64,000 nt of DNA from contig JBHGNT010000015.1 of the NCBI GenBank assembly GCA_043228905.1, positions 12,462,001 through 12,526,000 of the forward strand. The letters run 5' to 3'. Both the position numbers and the translations under genes were made by a program. Shown here one piece after another: positions 1 through 11,264 of the stretch. Each line of letters begins with the position of its first letter. Within the stretch, counting starts at the first letter, position 1. The notes beneath the pieces are model-generated. The model did not search any database, had not been told where the DNA came from, and worked only from the letters and a program-made list of their open reading frames with translations. This DNA comes from Azolla caroliniana. Its lineage: Eukaryota; Plantae; Polypodiophyta.

Positions 1-293
1 ATGGAGTGTTGGATCGATTAAGTCAATGACATAACTTTATAAGTAGCCAGAATGCAAAAGCTCGAATATCATGTCATTACTCGGAACGAAGAGCATTGCT
101 TGTCAATTTCATTCTTTGGCGACTATAGAGATCAGCCCCCGGGAAACTTATAATTAGTTACATCATACATGTGTGGCCTAGGCCATGAAGAACTTCTTTA
201 ATACATACTTATATAATTACATATTACATCTAAACAAAACTGGGAAGAAGAAAAACAGGGAGGGCCAGGGCACATGCGAGTGCAAAGAAGCAA

Positions 294-373
294 ATGAAGC
301 CATCTCTTGTCCGATTCCTCACAACCCATTCAGGTATAGACCCCTGCTAAACCCTGACACACACAGATAGATG

Positions 374-407
<34 letters not shown>

Positions 408-3400
408 AAATTAGATAGATAGATGGTTAGAGTTTGTAATTCCATCGATTAATCTATCACTATTTATGAAAACAAGAGAATGAGCTAGTGTGTGCGCTTG
501 AACAGGGCCTCCTATCCGTGTCGGATTCACCCCTGATGCTGGCAGAGGTGTTTTCGCAACTCGAGAAATCCGCACAGGTGAACTCATCCACACCGCAGAG
601 CCCCTGGTGTCACATCCATCGCTTCAAAACCTCACAAAGGTACCACCACCACATCCTTCCTTTCTCTTGGAATCTTGGACTATGTTGTTGTGAATCTCTT
701 TTGCTGTTTTCACATTATTGGATTTGACATAGCTGAAATGTAAAATAGCTTGATGGAAGAAAAAACAGTTATTTTTGCTTGTTCTAAACATCAACTTGCC
801 CTCACACTTAAATTTATGCTGCCCTGGAGCCTAAGTGTTGCTGCACAAGAGCCATGTGTGAGGTTGAATATACTGACCTATGGGCCAAGAATCATGGAAC
901 TTGATGTTTTGAGCATAGGAAGCTAGGTGAGAGTGGGAAAAATTTATGCAATTCTTACACATAGAAATGAGAAATCACTCAACTGATGCAGTCTAGTATA
1001 TCCACATTTGCTAGATACGTTTGGAAATCATTCAATTTCTTTTTGTGAGTTCCATTGACTGATTCAATAAAGATCAAGACTGCAGGGTTGCAGTTAGAGT
1101 TCATTTGAAGATCATTATAATAAGATTATGTAATGGCCGTGAATCTCTTGGATGATGTCACTGAAAATGAGAGACTGTTCATCCATGACCTACTTAAGGC
1201 ATTGTGCCATCAAGGGAAAATGCATGAAGTGCGCAATAAACCGATCCTGCATGTTGGCATGCCTTTTCTTAGGCAGATTAGCAAAAAGGTCCTGCCAAGT
1301 TATACTTTTTATTTTTACTATGTATTTCCTTTTCGGAAAGTTGGAAATAGATTAGTAGAATGAGTCTATTGTGAGATACATCAAAAAATCACCCTGCTTG
1401 GTTGCAGATTAATCATCCTAGAATGCATCCTTGAGATTGATAATTAAATGAGGCATATTTTCTGGACATTTTGTTAAATTTGAGTTGTTTTATGGCATGA
1501 TGCCCTTAATAGTTAGAAATCTGTGGGATCAGAACCCTATACAACTGCATTTAAAGAGGTTGCTTTGGAATTATTGACATGAACTGGAGATATGATGAGC
1601 GATGAAGACTTGTTTGGAATATCTTCAAGTCTAGAAAATATTTCTTGATTAATTTCTGTTAGAGAAGATTCTGGAACATTCTAGAATGACTTGATGCTTC
1701 TGAAACTTTTCTTCAAGCTAGAAATTAATTAAATTGTTTTTAGAGAACCCCAAGTTATCTGATGCAATCACACAGACATTAGAACATTAGTAATCTTCCC
1801 CGATGGGTGTTGAGATAGTTCCCAAACATGTGTGAGAAAAGCTGTTAATAGCAGCAGCGGAACAATTGTAAGAAAAAACAGACACTGCCAAGCTGTGAGA
1901 AGGCTGTTAGACAGCAGGTGCACCCCAAGTTATCTGATGCAATCACACAGACATTAGAACATTAGTAATCTTCCCCGATGGGTGTTGAGATAGTTCCCAA
2001 ACATGTGTGAGAAAAGCTGTTAATAGCAGCAGCGGAACAATTGTAAGAAAAAACAGACACTGCCAAGCTGTGAGAAGGCTGTTAGACAGCAGGTGCAAAA
2101 TAGTTGCAAAAAGTAGAGACACAGCCAAAGAGCAGAGCCTATTTGCAAGTAACAGCAAAAAATAAAGTTCTTACAAAAAAGGCTATTATAACCTATTTAT
2201 TCGAAATTGGGGAATGTGGGTGAAATAGTTGTTTAGTAGTTAGGTGACTCTTGTACTACCAAACATGTACAATAAATGAGGAATAAGAGGGAATATCTTG
2301 GAAAAGCAGAAGAGAGAGAAGGCATTTAAAGAGTTGTAGATTCTAGAGAGAGAAGAATCTAGGAAGAGAAAGAAGAAAGAAAGATATATTCTAGAGAGAG
2401 AATGTAGAGGAGAGATAATAAAGATGAGAGAGAGTGTAGGTTTGGAGCTAACACCCTCCAACATCCTGCGCACAATTCTCTCCTACAAAATGTTGGAGAT
2501 GCTCCTTAATTGTCACCTATTTATTTTTTGTAATATTTTGTGCTTAGAGCAAGTGGATTGGATGGATAGAATGAAAGAGAAATCAGTTGACTTTACAAAA
2601 CATGTTTTTAAACAAGCAGTGCTTGATTAAGGCCAAACGATAGCTTTCCCTTCCTATAGCGGTTTGTGCTGATATACATCCTATCTTAGAAACTCAAAGT
2701 AGTGTGATATTGAGCGAATGGGAGAATATAACCCAACAAATGTTTCTGGTGTGTCCTTACCATGCAACTCCCGTCACAATAGATTGCATAGATTTGCTAA
2801 CATGACAACGCATTAAAATTCCTCTTAATTAACCTAGGTCAACCTTGATGCGACATCTGACCCAGCATATTCCAATGAGTCCTGCACTTATGTGCGACAT
2901 TGGATATATGAATGCTATTCAGCCACTTTACATTCTCGCCATACTCATACTTATGAAACTATGAGCAAGCTCTATGAACAATTCACGTAATCACTTCATA
3001 TCTTATTTAGGGGACTACGCAGATAAATTGTTTTGTTTTTAGCCAATATTTCTGTAAAACCTGATAAATTCCACAAGCTATATCTTTTGCCAGTTTGGAG
3101 TCAGTACTCTACAAACAGCTTTCTTCCCTTCGTTTAGACAACATGTTTTCTGAACATGCTCCTCCTTGATTACTTCTAAAGAGAGCCTTCTTCAATAGTT
3201 GTTCTCCTCAGTGATCTGACTAGGCTCTTTCTAGATTTCTTTTTACTTTTTCATACAGCCATTTGTTCTAGTTGTAACTCTTAGGCTTTTAGTTTGGCTT
3301 AAGAACTTCATACTTTCTTAAGAATCAGGCCACACGTTAATTCTGATGCAACAGTATGTGATAAAAATAAGTTCTATTAAATTGGGAATACACTATTTTA

Positions 3401-4227
3401 TTTACGAAAGTTACAAAATTCCACCGTAAGGATGGCACTTTATCTTTGCCAAACTCCGGCCTGAACCCTTGACTTCGATTTTGAGACTAATGGCAGACAT
3501 AATTTTCTTTCAGTTTTACCCTTGATGGTACAATTTGTAGATCCATTCTTTAATATATTTGGATACACTCATCTGTCTTAATTTCTAACTAACATGAGGA
3601 AGTCTTGGGCTGCCATATTACACTATGGAGTGCACGAGATAGATGTGTATCCATATAAGAAGGCCTAATAATAAATCCAGCCCAGAAAATGTGAAAAAAG
3701 AGTGCCTCATAGGGAGCCATCTGCCTACCAAAAGATGTTTTGGGGCTGATCCATGTTCCTTTGGCATTGAATTTAATGATATTTTCTTAGATGACTATTC
3801 TTTTCCTTCAGGTGTGGACAATCCTAGCTATATTGCAATGTAGGTAATATGTTTATACTTATGCGATACTACTGGAACCATGCTTGCATTTCAGCATACC
3901 AACATAGGTTATCTCCAGGTTTAGCAAGCCTTTTTGATGATGTAAGTGCCAACCTTGAGTGCCTTTGCTTAGGGAGCTCCCAAATAACTTGGATATCAGT
4001 CATTGATCAGAATAATTCCTAGGACACTATAAGGCTGCTCTTGTCTCCACCTGGATTATGTAAGGAAGTCGAAGATAGAATGACAGGTTTCTGAAGATAT
4101 CTAAAGGCAGAGATATAGAAACTAAAAACAATTATGGGGTTTAACACATAGGAGGGATTAAAGAAATAGAAACAGTTCTGCAAAACAAAAGCCGCCCACC
4201 TCAAAAAAGAATATACAAGGTAGGAGT

Positions 4228-4296
<69 letters not shown>

Positions 4297-7200
4297 CTAT
4301 CCAAGATACATATAATATGCTCTTAGAAGAAGAGCTTTAGATACTGATGTGACAGCTAAGTTATAGCCTCATAAGTGCCTATTTAATGCTGAGTGGAATC
4401 TTGTACAAGGATCACATTCAAACTACAAAATATTCTTTTAGAAGTTGTAGTACAGCTCTGAAGACAGACTGTACAACTTTAACAAAAATAATAGAAAATA
4501 TTAAACTTCCACGATTTAGTTTGTGTTTCTTGTAATTGTATATGTGCGCATTATCTTTCAAATGGATGAAGGGCAATATATCCACGATAAATTGGAGCAC
4601 AGCACAATGCAGCCTTCCGTTGGCAGAACCTGACCTTGTGAATGTCACCAGATCTGTGTAAGATTGTGTGTATGCCACCTTTCCTCTCTCAAAAAGAATG
4701 CAAGATATGATCTTTTTACCCATGCTTAAGTGGCAGTTAATACTATCAGATTAGTTTTATCAAGGCTGATTGACAAAATCTTTATCTATATAAAATGATT
4801 TCAAAGCATTTAAATGACTTTGTAGTTCTTTTTGAGATTTGGAGATCACACAATGTCATCAGCATATTGTAGTGTCAGTAAAGCACCCTTGCCACACATG
4901 CTACTACCCATATCTATGTAATTAGATATTTCATCTATATAAAGACTGAAAAGAGTGGGTGGTGATGTGCATCCTTGTTTTCCCTACAATCATGCTAGCC
5001 ATTACTGCCAACAACCCAATAGGGTGGGCACAGTTTTGCTGACATTGATTCATAGTGAGAAATGCCAAAATTAAGATGCCTAGATTTGAGGTCAAATTGT
5101 TAGATTTGATCCACTTGAAAGTTTCTGAGATTGATTGTATTTGTAATTGTAGGTATGTTATTTTTGCCTGAGATGGTTACCTCATCTCTCTGGTTCAAGA
5201 CATCTAGAAGGAAATTCCAAGAAGGTGCGACACCATTTCCTTAGTGGTTGCACTGACAATGATAACCTACAACCGATTTTTTGTTCCCAATGTTGTATTG
5301 ATTCTTCCTCAAAGGTATGCATATATATAAAGAGACACAATTAACATCTACAATATGTTCCATTTGTTAAAAGATAATTTTTGGCTAATCTTTCTGCATT
5401 CCAGAACTTTTATGCAATTGAGAAGAAAGCAAATTGGAAAGATTTTCACCATTTTTGTAGGTATAGTGATAACTTGTGATAAGGGCCTGAATTCTTTATT
5501 ATTAAATAAAATGTTTTAACTGGTTCATAGATGCAATGATTAGCATGGTGGGTTTTTGGTTCTTAGCTGTAATGTATCCATAATGAGGTTTTCAACGAAT
5601 TACGATAAATTCAGGTTATATCAAAAATGCGTTTATCCATTTACTGGAGTTTTAATGAGTAGCCCAGAAAATAGTAGTGTGATTGTAATGGATTTGAACG
5701 CATTATGGGCTTTGGTACCAGGAACAATTGAATATTGAATGGGAAATTCAGGACGATTTTAACACTTGAAAGTTTGGTTCTAATGCAAAAACATTAAGTT
5801 GAAGATTGATGTGTTTTTATTAAAATATATCTTGTAAAAAACTAATTTTTATAATTGAATAAATCCTCCAATTCTTCATACAGGAGAACCCTTCTAAGTT
5901 TGAAGAGAACCTTCCACAAATCAAAGCTTGTGGCATCGAATTGATCTCATACAGTGATTTTCAGTTGTGGTGTAGCCCATTTTCACCCAAAAATAAACTT
6001 TGAAATTATATCAGTTAATTTCTGAAGTTAAATTTCAGTAATCTGAAATTTAATTACAGCTATTAGAAAAATTGTTTTTATGTAAATATAACGAGATGAG
6101 AGGACCCCAGACACCAGGGAATACATGGAACAAAGCTCAACTAAATCTGAATATACTGCTATAACGAAGTTTTTTCTGTTATGGAATAAATACAAACAAC
6201 TGGTATTTAGGGAATTCCAAATGTTTTGGACCAGTTCTTGTAACAAAACTTTTCCATGAAGGTGGAAGTGTGCGAAGAACTGAATCAGCAGCAACGCTCT
6301 GTTGTTTGCAACTTTTTTGTCGAGAGGTATAACAAAGGTGGTGGACTTAGGGTAGGAGTGACAGGAGAGAGAAAATGGATGAGATGCAGAGAAAACAAAG
6401 GACAGGGAAGAGGAGATGCATGTAAGTTTTTGGAGCCCTCTAAAAGTAAACTTGTTCTGGGGGAAAAAGTATATTGTTCTATTAAAATGTGATCTTACGA
6501 CACATGAACCATTTTACACTTGTCAAGGAACCCAATTATGTCCACACTGGCTACCACATTTTGTAAATAGTGGCTTGTTTGGTTTGTTCATATACCACAC
6601 GCTTACTGTCCATAGTGATTGAAGTATGTCATGTTTGTCTTCTCACATTAGTGGTTGGCCCTCCTTGGATGTTAAAATATCATTCTAATTGTCATTTAAA
6701 TTAGAATACCACTATGCTCGACTTGTGAGGAAAATCTGGTCGCTCAGTTGGGCTGTGACTACATGGCACAGCACTGCACTTCTATGATTGAAGTAGCCGC
6801 CATCGTAGAGCCAGAAAGCTTTGCTGAAGCAGTCCATGATCCTCATTGGGCGCAAGTGATAGATGAAGAGATGCATTCTCTCTATGACAATGAGACATGG
6901 GACCTCCTCATCTTGTCTCCAGGAACTCAATCTCCAATTCTTGGCTAATAGAGACACAATTGCTACTTGTCATGGACAGAAATACTATATTCCACCGAGC
7001 AAGATGTTGTGTTTTCTTTTCTTAGAAATAGTTGGCAACATCTATGGCTATAATCTTGAAGAGTCCAGCAATAACTAACTTCTTAATAAATGACCTCTTT
7101 TTCTTTTTAAAAGTGTTATTTAAATGAAGCACACAATTGTGTGTCAGCGAACAATTGATAAGAACCATAAATGCCATTTCATTATGTTTTGGATAAATTG

Positions 7201-9504
7201 ATGTCTCATAGATTTTGTTTTTTATTAAGAAACTATTAAAATAGAGCTCCCATTCAAATCCTTATTGTAGCTTTATAGAAAAGAGAGAACTTTTATGAAA
7301 CAAAGTCTAACTTGGGGCCCAAAAACCTGAAGCTTCCCTTGGAGAAGGCATTCTTCAAATACATTTGGAGGTGCTATCCCATTGCTGTAGCAAACACTCA
7401 TATGGTCCATACAGTTTTCATCTTTGCAATTGGAGCAAATATCTCATTGGAGTCGATGCTGTGGGTCTGTACATAACCCTTGGCAAAGAGCCAGAAGTTA
7501 TAATGATTGACAGAGGCGTCAGAGTTGTACTTTACCTTGTAGACCCTTTGACAATCGATGGCCTTCTTGCAGCCTTTCAAGATTTAGATACTTATGTTTT
7601 TTCTATTATCGGCTTAACTTATTGGTTTAATGGGCTTGCATTTTATTTTTGGGATATTTGGTCCTGAAAATTTGTGTCAACATATGGTTGATTGAAACTA
7701 CTTCATACTGGCTCATTATGAAGAAAATTTTGGATTGAGTTAGGCAATAATGGAGAATTTATCTTGTAGACCTTTTGACAATTGATGGTCTTCTTGCAGT
7801 GTTTCAAGATTTAGAAGGAGAGGATAAAATCTGGGATTTTCAACATCATTATCCCAACAAACCCGCTCTACCTAGAAATCGGTGATAAAGAGAGAATAAT
7901 GTTATGGCCAACGTGATTGTAGACATGAAAATCTAATAGTTTATATTGATTAATATTTTGTATGGTTAGTCTTATCTTAAAAGAGTAGTCACAAGGTGAC
8001 TTGTTGGTGGCATGTTTGGCATAGAGAGGTGCAAGGTGGCTCACATTCATGGCGTACTTTTGCGTACTTTGTTGAATAGAAGGGGGTTCCACCCTAGTTG
8101 TCCTCAATAAGTTCAAGAACAGTTATTGGGTGTATTGGATTGTATCTAGTCTCATCTTCCTCTTCAATGTTCTTACTTTTCCTTCTCTTCTTTTTACTAG
8201 TCTATTATCCATTGCTTGTCTTGCTTGTTGAACATCATCTGATATCCATAATAGTATGCCTTTTTTATTATTGGTGTTAACCTGATTTGTTAATGGGCTT
8301 GCATTTTATTTTTGAGATGTTTGGCTCTTAAAACTTGTATTAGCATATGACTTATTGAAATTGCTTCATATTGGCTCATTATGATGAAAACTTTTGGATT
8401 GAGGAGTTATGTGCTGTTTATTGACTATCGATTACTACAATCATTCATGTAATGATATTAATCTTGCATGAAAGGGACTAGTGGGTTGTTTTCCATAATT
8501 TTTATTTTTAATTTGAACTTTTGATTGTCATGGCAGCGAACAGAACTTAAGGCTGCCTCTTCTAGCCAAACGCCTTGTTTGCATGGTTCTTTCAGAGACG
8601 GTGCAAAAGGATGCTTTGGATATTCTTTCTTACCATAAGCCACAATCCAATGTTGCATCTTGTGTAAGTTTCATACTGAAGGATTGGGCTTGGTATGCAC
8701 ATATTTCTAGGGATAAAGTATGGAAATCTGTTTGTTCCTTGTGTTGGCAGTGGATGCTGACATGGGAAATTTTGCTAGAGGCTTTCAAAAATTCTCAGAG
8801 CGTCAAAGACAAGCTTAATTGTATCCTTCACCTGATATTATTCTATGCTCGTAATAAATTGATAATGCTGCTTCATGCTTGATAATGTTCATGATGTATA
8901 TAATATGACAAACCCATTTTGAAGAATCATGAACGTTTCTTGACCTTAACACTCATTGACTGAAGCTCTCTCTGCTGAGTGGTATATTAATGTCCTGGCT
9001 AGGATCTCTCTGAATTCGTTCCGTATAGAAATTCTAACTGAGGAAAGCACAAATCTTTTGGCAGCAGCTGTAGCATCAGTATCTGGGGAGGCTGTTAGTG
9101 GGAGTGGAGTTTATGTCCTTCCATCTATGTATAACCATGAGTGTGGTGAGTTTTATGTTAAAATTCTCAGGTAATTCAAACAATGCATTTGATGTTCTGG
9201 ATTTTCTCTTCTTGACCCACTTTTTGTTGTCAGATCCTAATGTGGATATCTCTTGGCCCACAAATTCCATGGCTCAATTGACTGCAAGAAGAGATATAAC
9301 AGAAGGTGGAGTAATCTACCTTTTTATGATCATTTAGACTTGCATTATGTGCTCAGGAGTTATCTCAATCTTTTATTTGACGTAGGTGAAGAGTTACGGA
9401 TCACATACATTGATTCCTCCATGCCGCGATGTTCAAGGCAGCAACTCCTACAAAACTCCTACCACTTTCTATGCAATTGTGCGAGATGTAGAGATGATGA
9501 CTGA
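294..9504 (+). CDS. ATXR4: ATXR4-like SET-domain (SMYD-type, split SET with MYND-like insert) lysine methyltransferase, 9 exons, 319 aa
   Basis: Exons 294-333, 506-639, 5153-5314, 5405-5460, 8537-8663, 8751-8820, 8966-9145, 9234-9305 and 9386-9504 total 960 nt. All introns are GT-AG with compatible phases. Translation gives GPPIRVGFTPDAGRGVFATREI, VCYFCL..FCSQCC, WYINVLARISLNSFRI, LPSMYNHECDPN, GEELRITYID and FLCNCARCRDDD*, colinear with Arabidopsis ATXR4 as I recall it. Exon 1 and the start codon are the least certain part. Confidence 0.88.
365..424. repeat. (GATA)n microsatellite in intron 1
   Basis: Run of agat/gata units seen directly. Confidence 0.95.
506..639 (+). CDS. ATXR4: ATXR4-like exon 2 (SET N-half)
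   Basis: aacag|GG..AAG|gt; encodes PPIRVGFTPDAGRGVFATREIRTGELIHTAEPLVSHPSLQNLTK. Confidence 0.9.
1747..2097. repeat. Tandem duplication of a 175-bp unit in intron 2
   Basis: accccaagttatctgatgc...agcaggtgc starts at 1747 and again at 1922; no differences seen. Confidence 0.92.
4229..4293. repeat. Compound (CA)n(TA)n microsatellite
   Basis: Seen directly. Confidence 0.95.
4800..5080 (-). mobile_element. Highly degenerate LINE RT relic in intron 2
   Basis: 4930-5000 resembles the LINE RT segment at 21680-21750 (tcatc..aaaagagt..gtgat..tgctag). Confidence 0.4.
5153..5460 (+). CDS. ATXR4: ATXR4-like exons 3 (5153-5314) and 4 (5405-5460), Cys-rich MYND-like region
   Basis: VCYFCLRW...IFCSQCCIDSSSK and NFYAIEKKANWKDFHHFC, with canonical splice sites. 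Confidence 0.85.
6790..6930 (+). mobile_element. Copia RT N-terminal relic in intron 4
   Basis: EPESFAEAVHDPHWAQVIDEEMHSLYDNETWDL. Confidence 0.75.
7330..7580 (-). mobile_element. Copia RT relic in intron 4 (opposite strand)
   Basis: KKAIDCQRVYKVKYNSD..AKGYVQTHSIDSNEIFAPIAKMKTV. Confidence 0.75.
8537..9504 (+). CDS. ATXR4: ATXR4-like exons 5-9 (SET C-half and post-SET)
   Basis: LPLLAKRLVCMVLS, NHECDPN, GEELRITY and CxCxxC motifs; stop TGA at 9502-9504. Confidence 0.9.
8821..8965 (+). other. U12-type (minor spliceosome) GT-AG intron
   Basis: 5' splice site GTATCCTT; branch site CCTTAAC at 8944-8950; AG at 8964-8965; no polypyrimidine tract; reading frame is preserved. Confidence 0.85.
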
Positions 9505-9512
9505 CTACTGGC

Positions 9513-9665
9513 AGTTATCTTGATCTTTTATTTGACATAGGTGAAGAGCTATGGATCACATACATTGATGCCTCCATGTCGTGATGTTCAAGGCAGCAAC
9601 TCCTGCAAAACTCCTACCACTTTCTATGCAATTGTGCAAGATGTAGAGATGATGACTGACTATTG
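9513..9665 (+). pseudogene. Tandem duplicate of the ATXR4 terminal exon with its acceptor; premature stop
   Basis: Copy offset by 155 bp; exon starts at 9541; reads GEELWITYIDASMS* (CGA>TGA). Confidence 0.88.
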
Positions 9666-11264
9666 TGTTGCAAATCTCGGACTAACAATGCGTTCATATA
9701 AATTCTACCCTGCATTTGCAGATTGAGTAGGACAAGCTTGTCAGCAAAGCTTGAATGCAATTTATCTATGAATTACAATGGGCATTATGGGTCATTCAGC
9801 AAGGACGGAGACATAATGCACAACAAAGACATCAATCTCTTTTCAGAAACACATCAGTGTGCAGAAATTAAATGCTATGTTTAATATTTCAAAAGGTCCA
9901 AAAGTTATATCCATGTGAATCTTTCAAAATTTCTGGTGAAATAAAGTAAAATGAAATTATACCCAATCTAGGTACCCAGTTTATGATCAAAGCACAATGG
10001 TAAGAAGATCCATGGTTACAAGTAAGATAGATTATACAAGGTACAAAATAAATATATGCGTGAGATGTAGCCCATGAACATTGTCCAAGGATGATGCTGT
10101 ATGTTCTGCTTGGGGGTCATGCTTGATCTCAGGCACTGGTATTATGTGCTTCATTGCAGAAAACATATTCTATGTGATGATTTGTGTATCCTTGGGCATC
10201 TGGAGTGGCCCAATTGAATTACTTGGGCGGGGGGTCCTGGTTGTGCTTGCTCCAAGGTCCCTCAGCACAACCTTTTAAAGAAGTTCAGCGTTTGCCTTGG
10301 TAAAATTTCTATGAGCTTGCCCAATCATCAACTCATGGGAGAATCTCAATCTATAGATCTCTATTAAACAAAGCCCCAAATCTTTGAGTTGGATTGTATG
10401 AGACATTGTGCATGCAAGGAGTAATGGAAGGAGTGTCTATGCTGAAACCATGGAACTTGGAACCATGATGCCATTTGTATGTACCAACATGAACGATCAC
10501 CCTCACTTGCTAATGAAGACATCTTCTATTTGCATTGTTACCAAGTCCACTCCTATTGGCATCGTGAAAGGGGTAGCTAGTGCTCTTTACGTAGCCCAAC
10601 ATCTCTACACCACATGTTTTCATGTGTCATATGATCTTATGGATTTGGTCCAAGTCCTTGGATAACTAGTTTCATAATATCCTCTTAAACCATTAAAATT
10701 AGTTGTAGAATTTGTCTCAAGCAAGAAGCCCCTTGTTTTTCAACTTTATGTGCCCCATAAACTTATGCTTACATTCTCTAGTGTCGTTTCTCAATTCTCC
10801 TCGCCTTGATACTAACATCTACAATTTTCTCTATCCTACAATAGCAAATGAGCCTAATTCACAAAAGATGAAAAACAAATGTAAATAATGTAAGCCATCT
10901 TATTTGGAGGTAAATGATGACTTGAACAAGATTGAGCACGAGTATCTAGTTAAAGAGGAGAAAATGGACACAATATGAGGCATTTGCTTGTTCGGTCTTT
11001 TCCTCTTCTATTCATCAAAAACTTCGTGTAATTTGGACATATGGGTTTCACAAGACGTGTTTTCTCATCTACAAGGTCATTCCAACTTGCCATTGCTTGA
11101 ATTCTTTGTTTGGCTTCATAAGCCTCATCCACATTGAGCTTTCTCTTTGAATGTCTAAGATGTGAGAATGAAGGTTCAAAGTTACACCCCTAGCAAACCT
11201 TGACAACCGTTATTCCATGTTGAAGGAAAGGACTAGGTTAGAAAAATCTTACCTCCTACCGAAC

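Noticed and set aside
488-727. 79-aa ORF from the track as a gene
   Set aside because: Wrong frame; the ATXR4-like exon 2 is read in another frame between splice sites.
10050-11200. Possible decayed DNA-transposon or gene remnant downstream of ATXR4
   Set aside because: No motif I could identify with confidence; needs a translated homology search.
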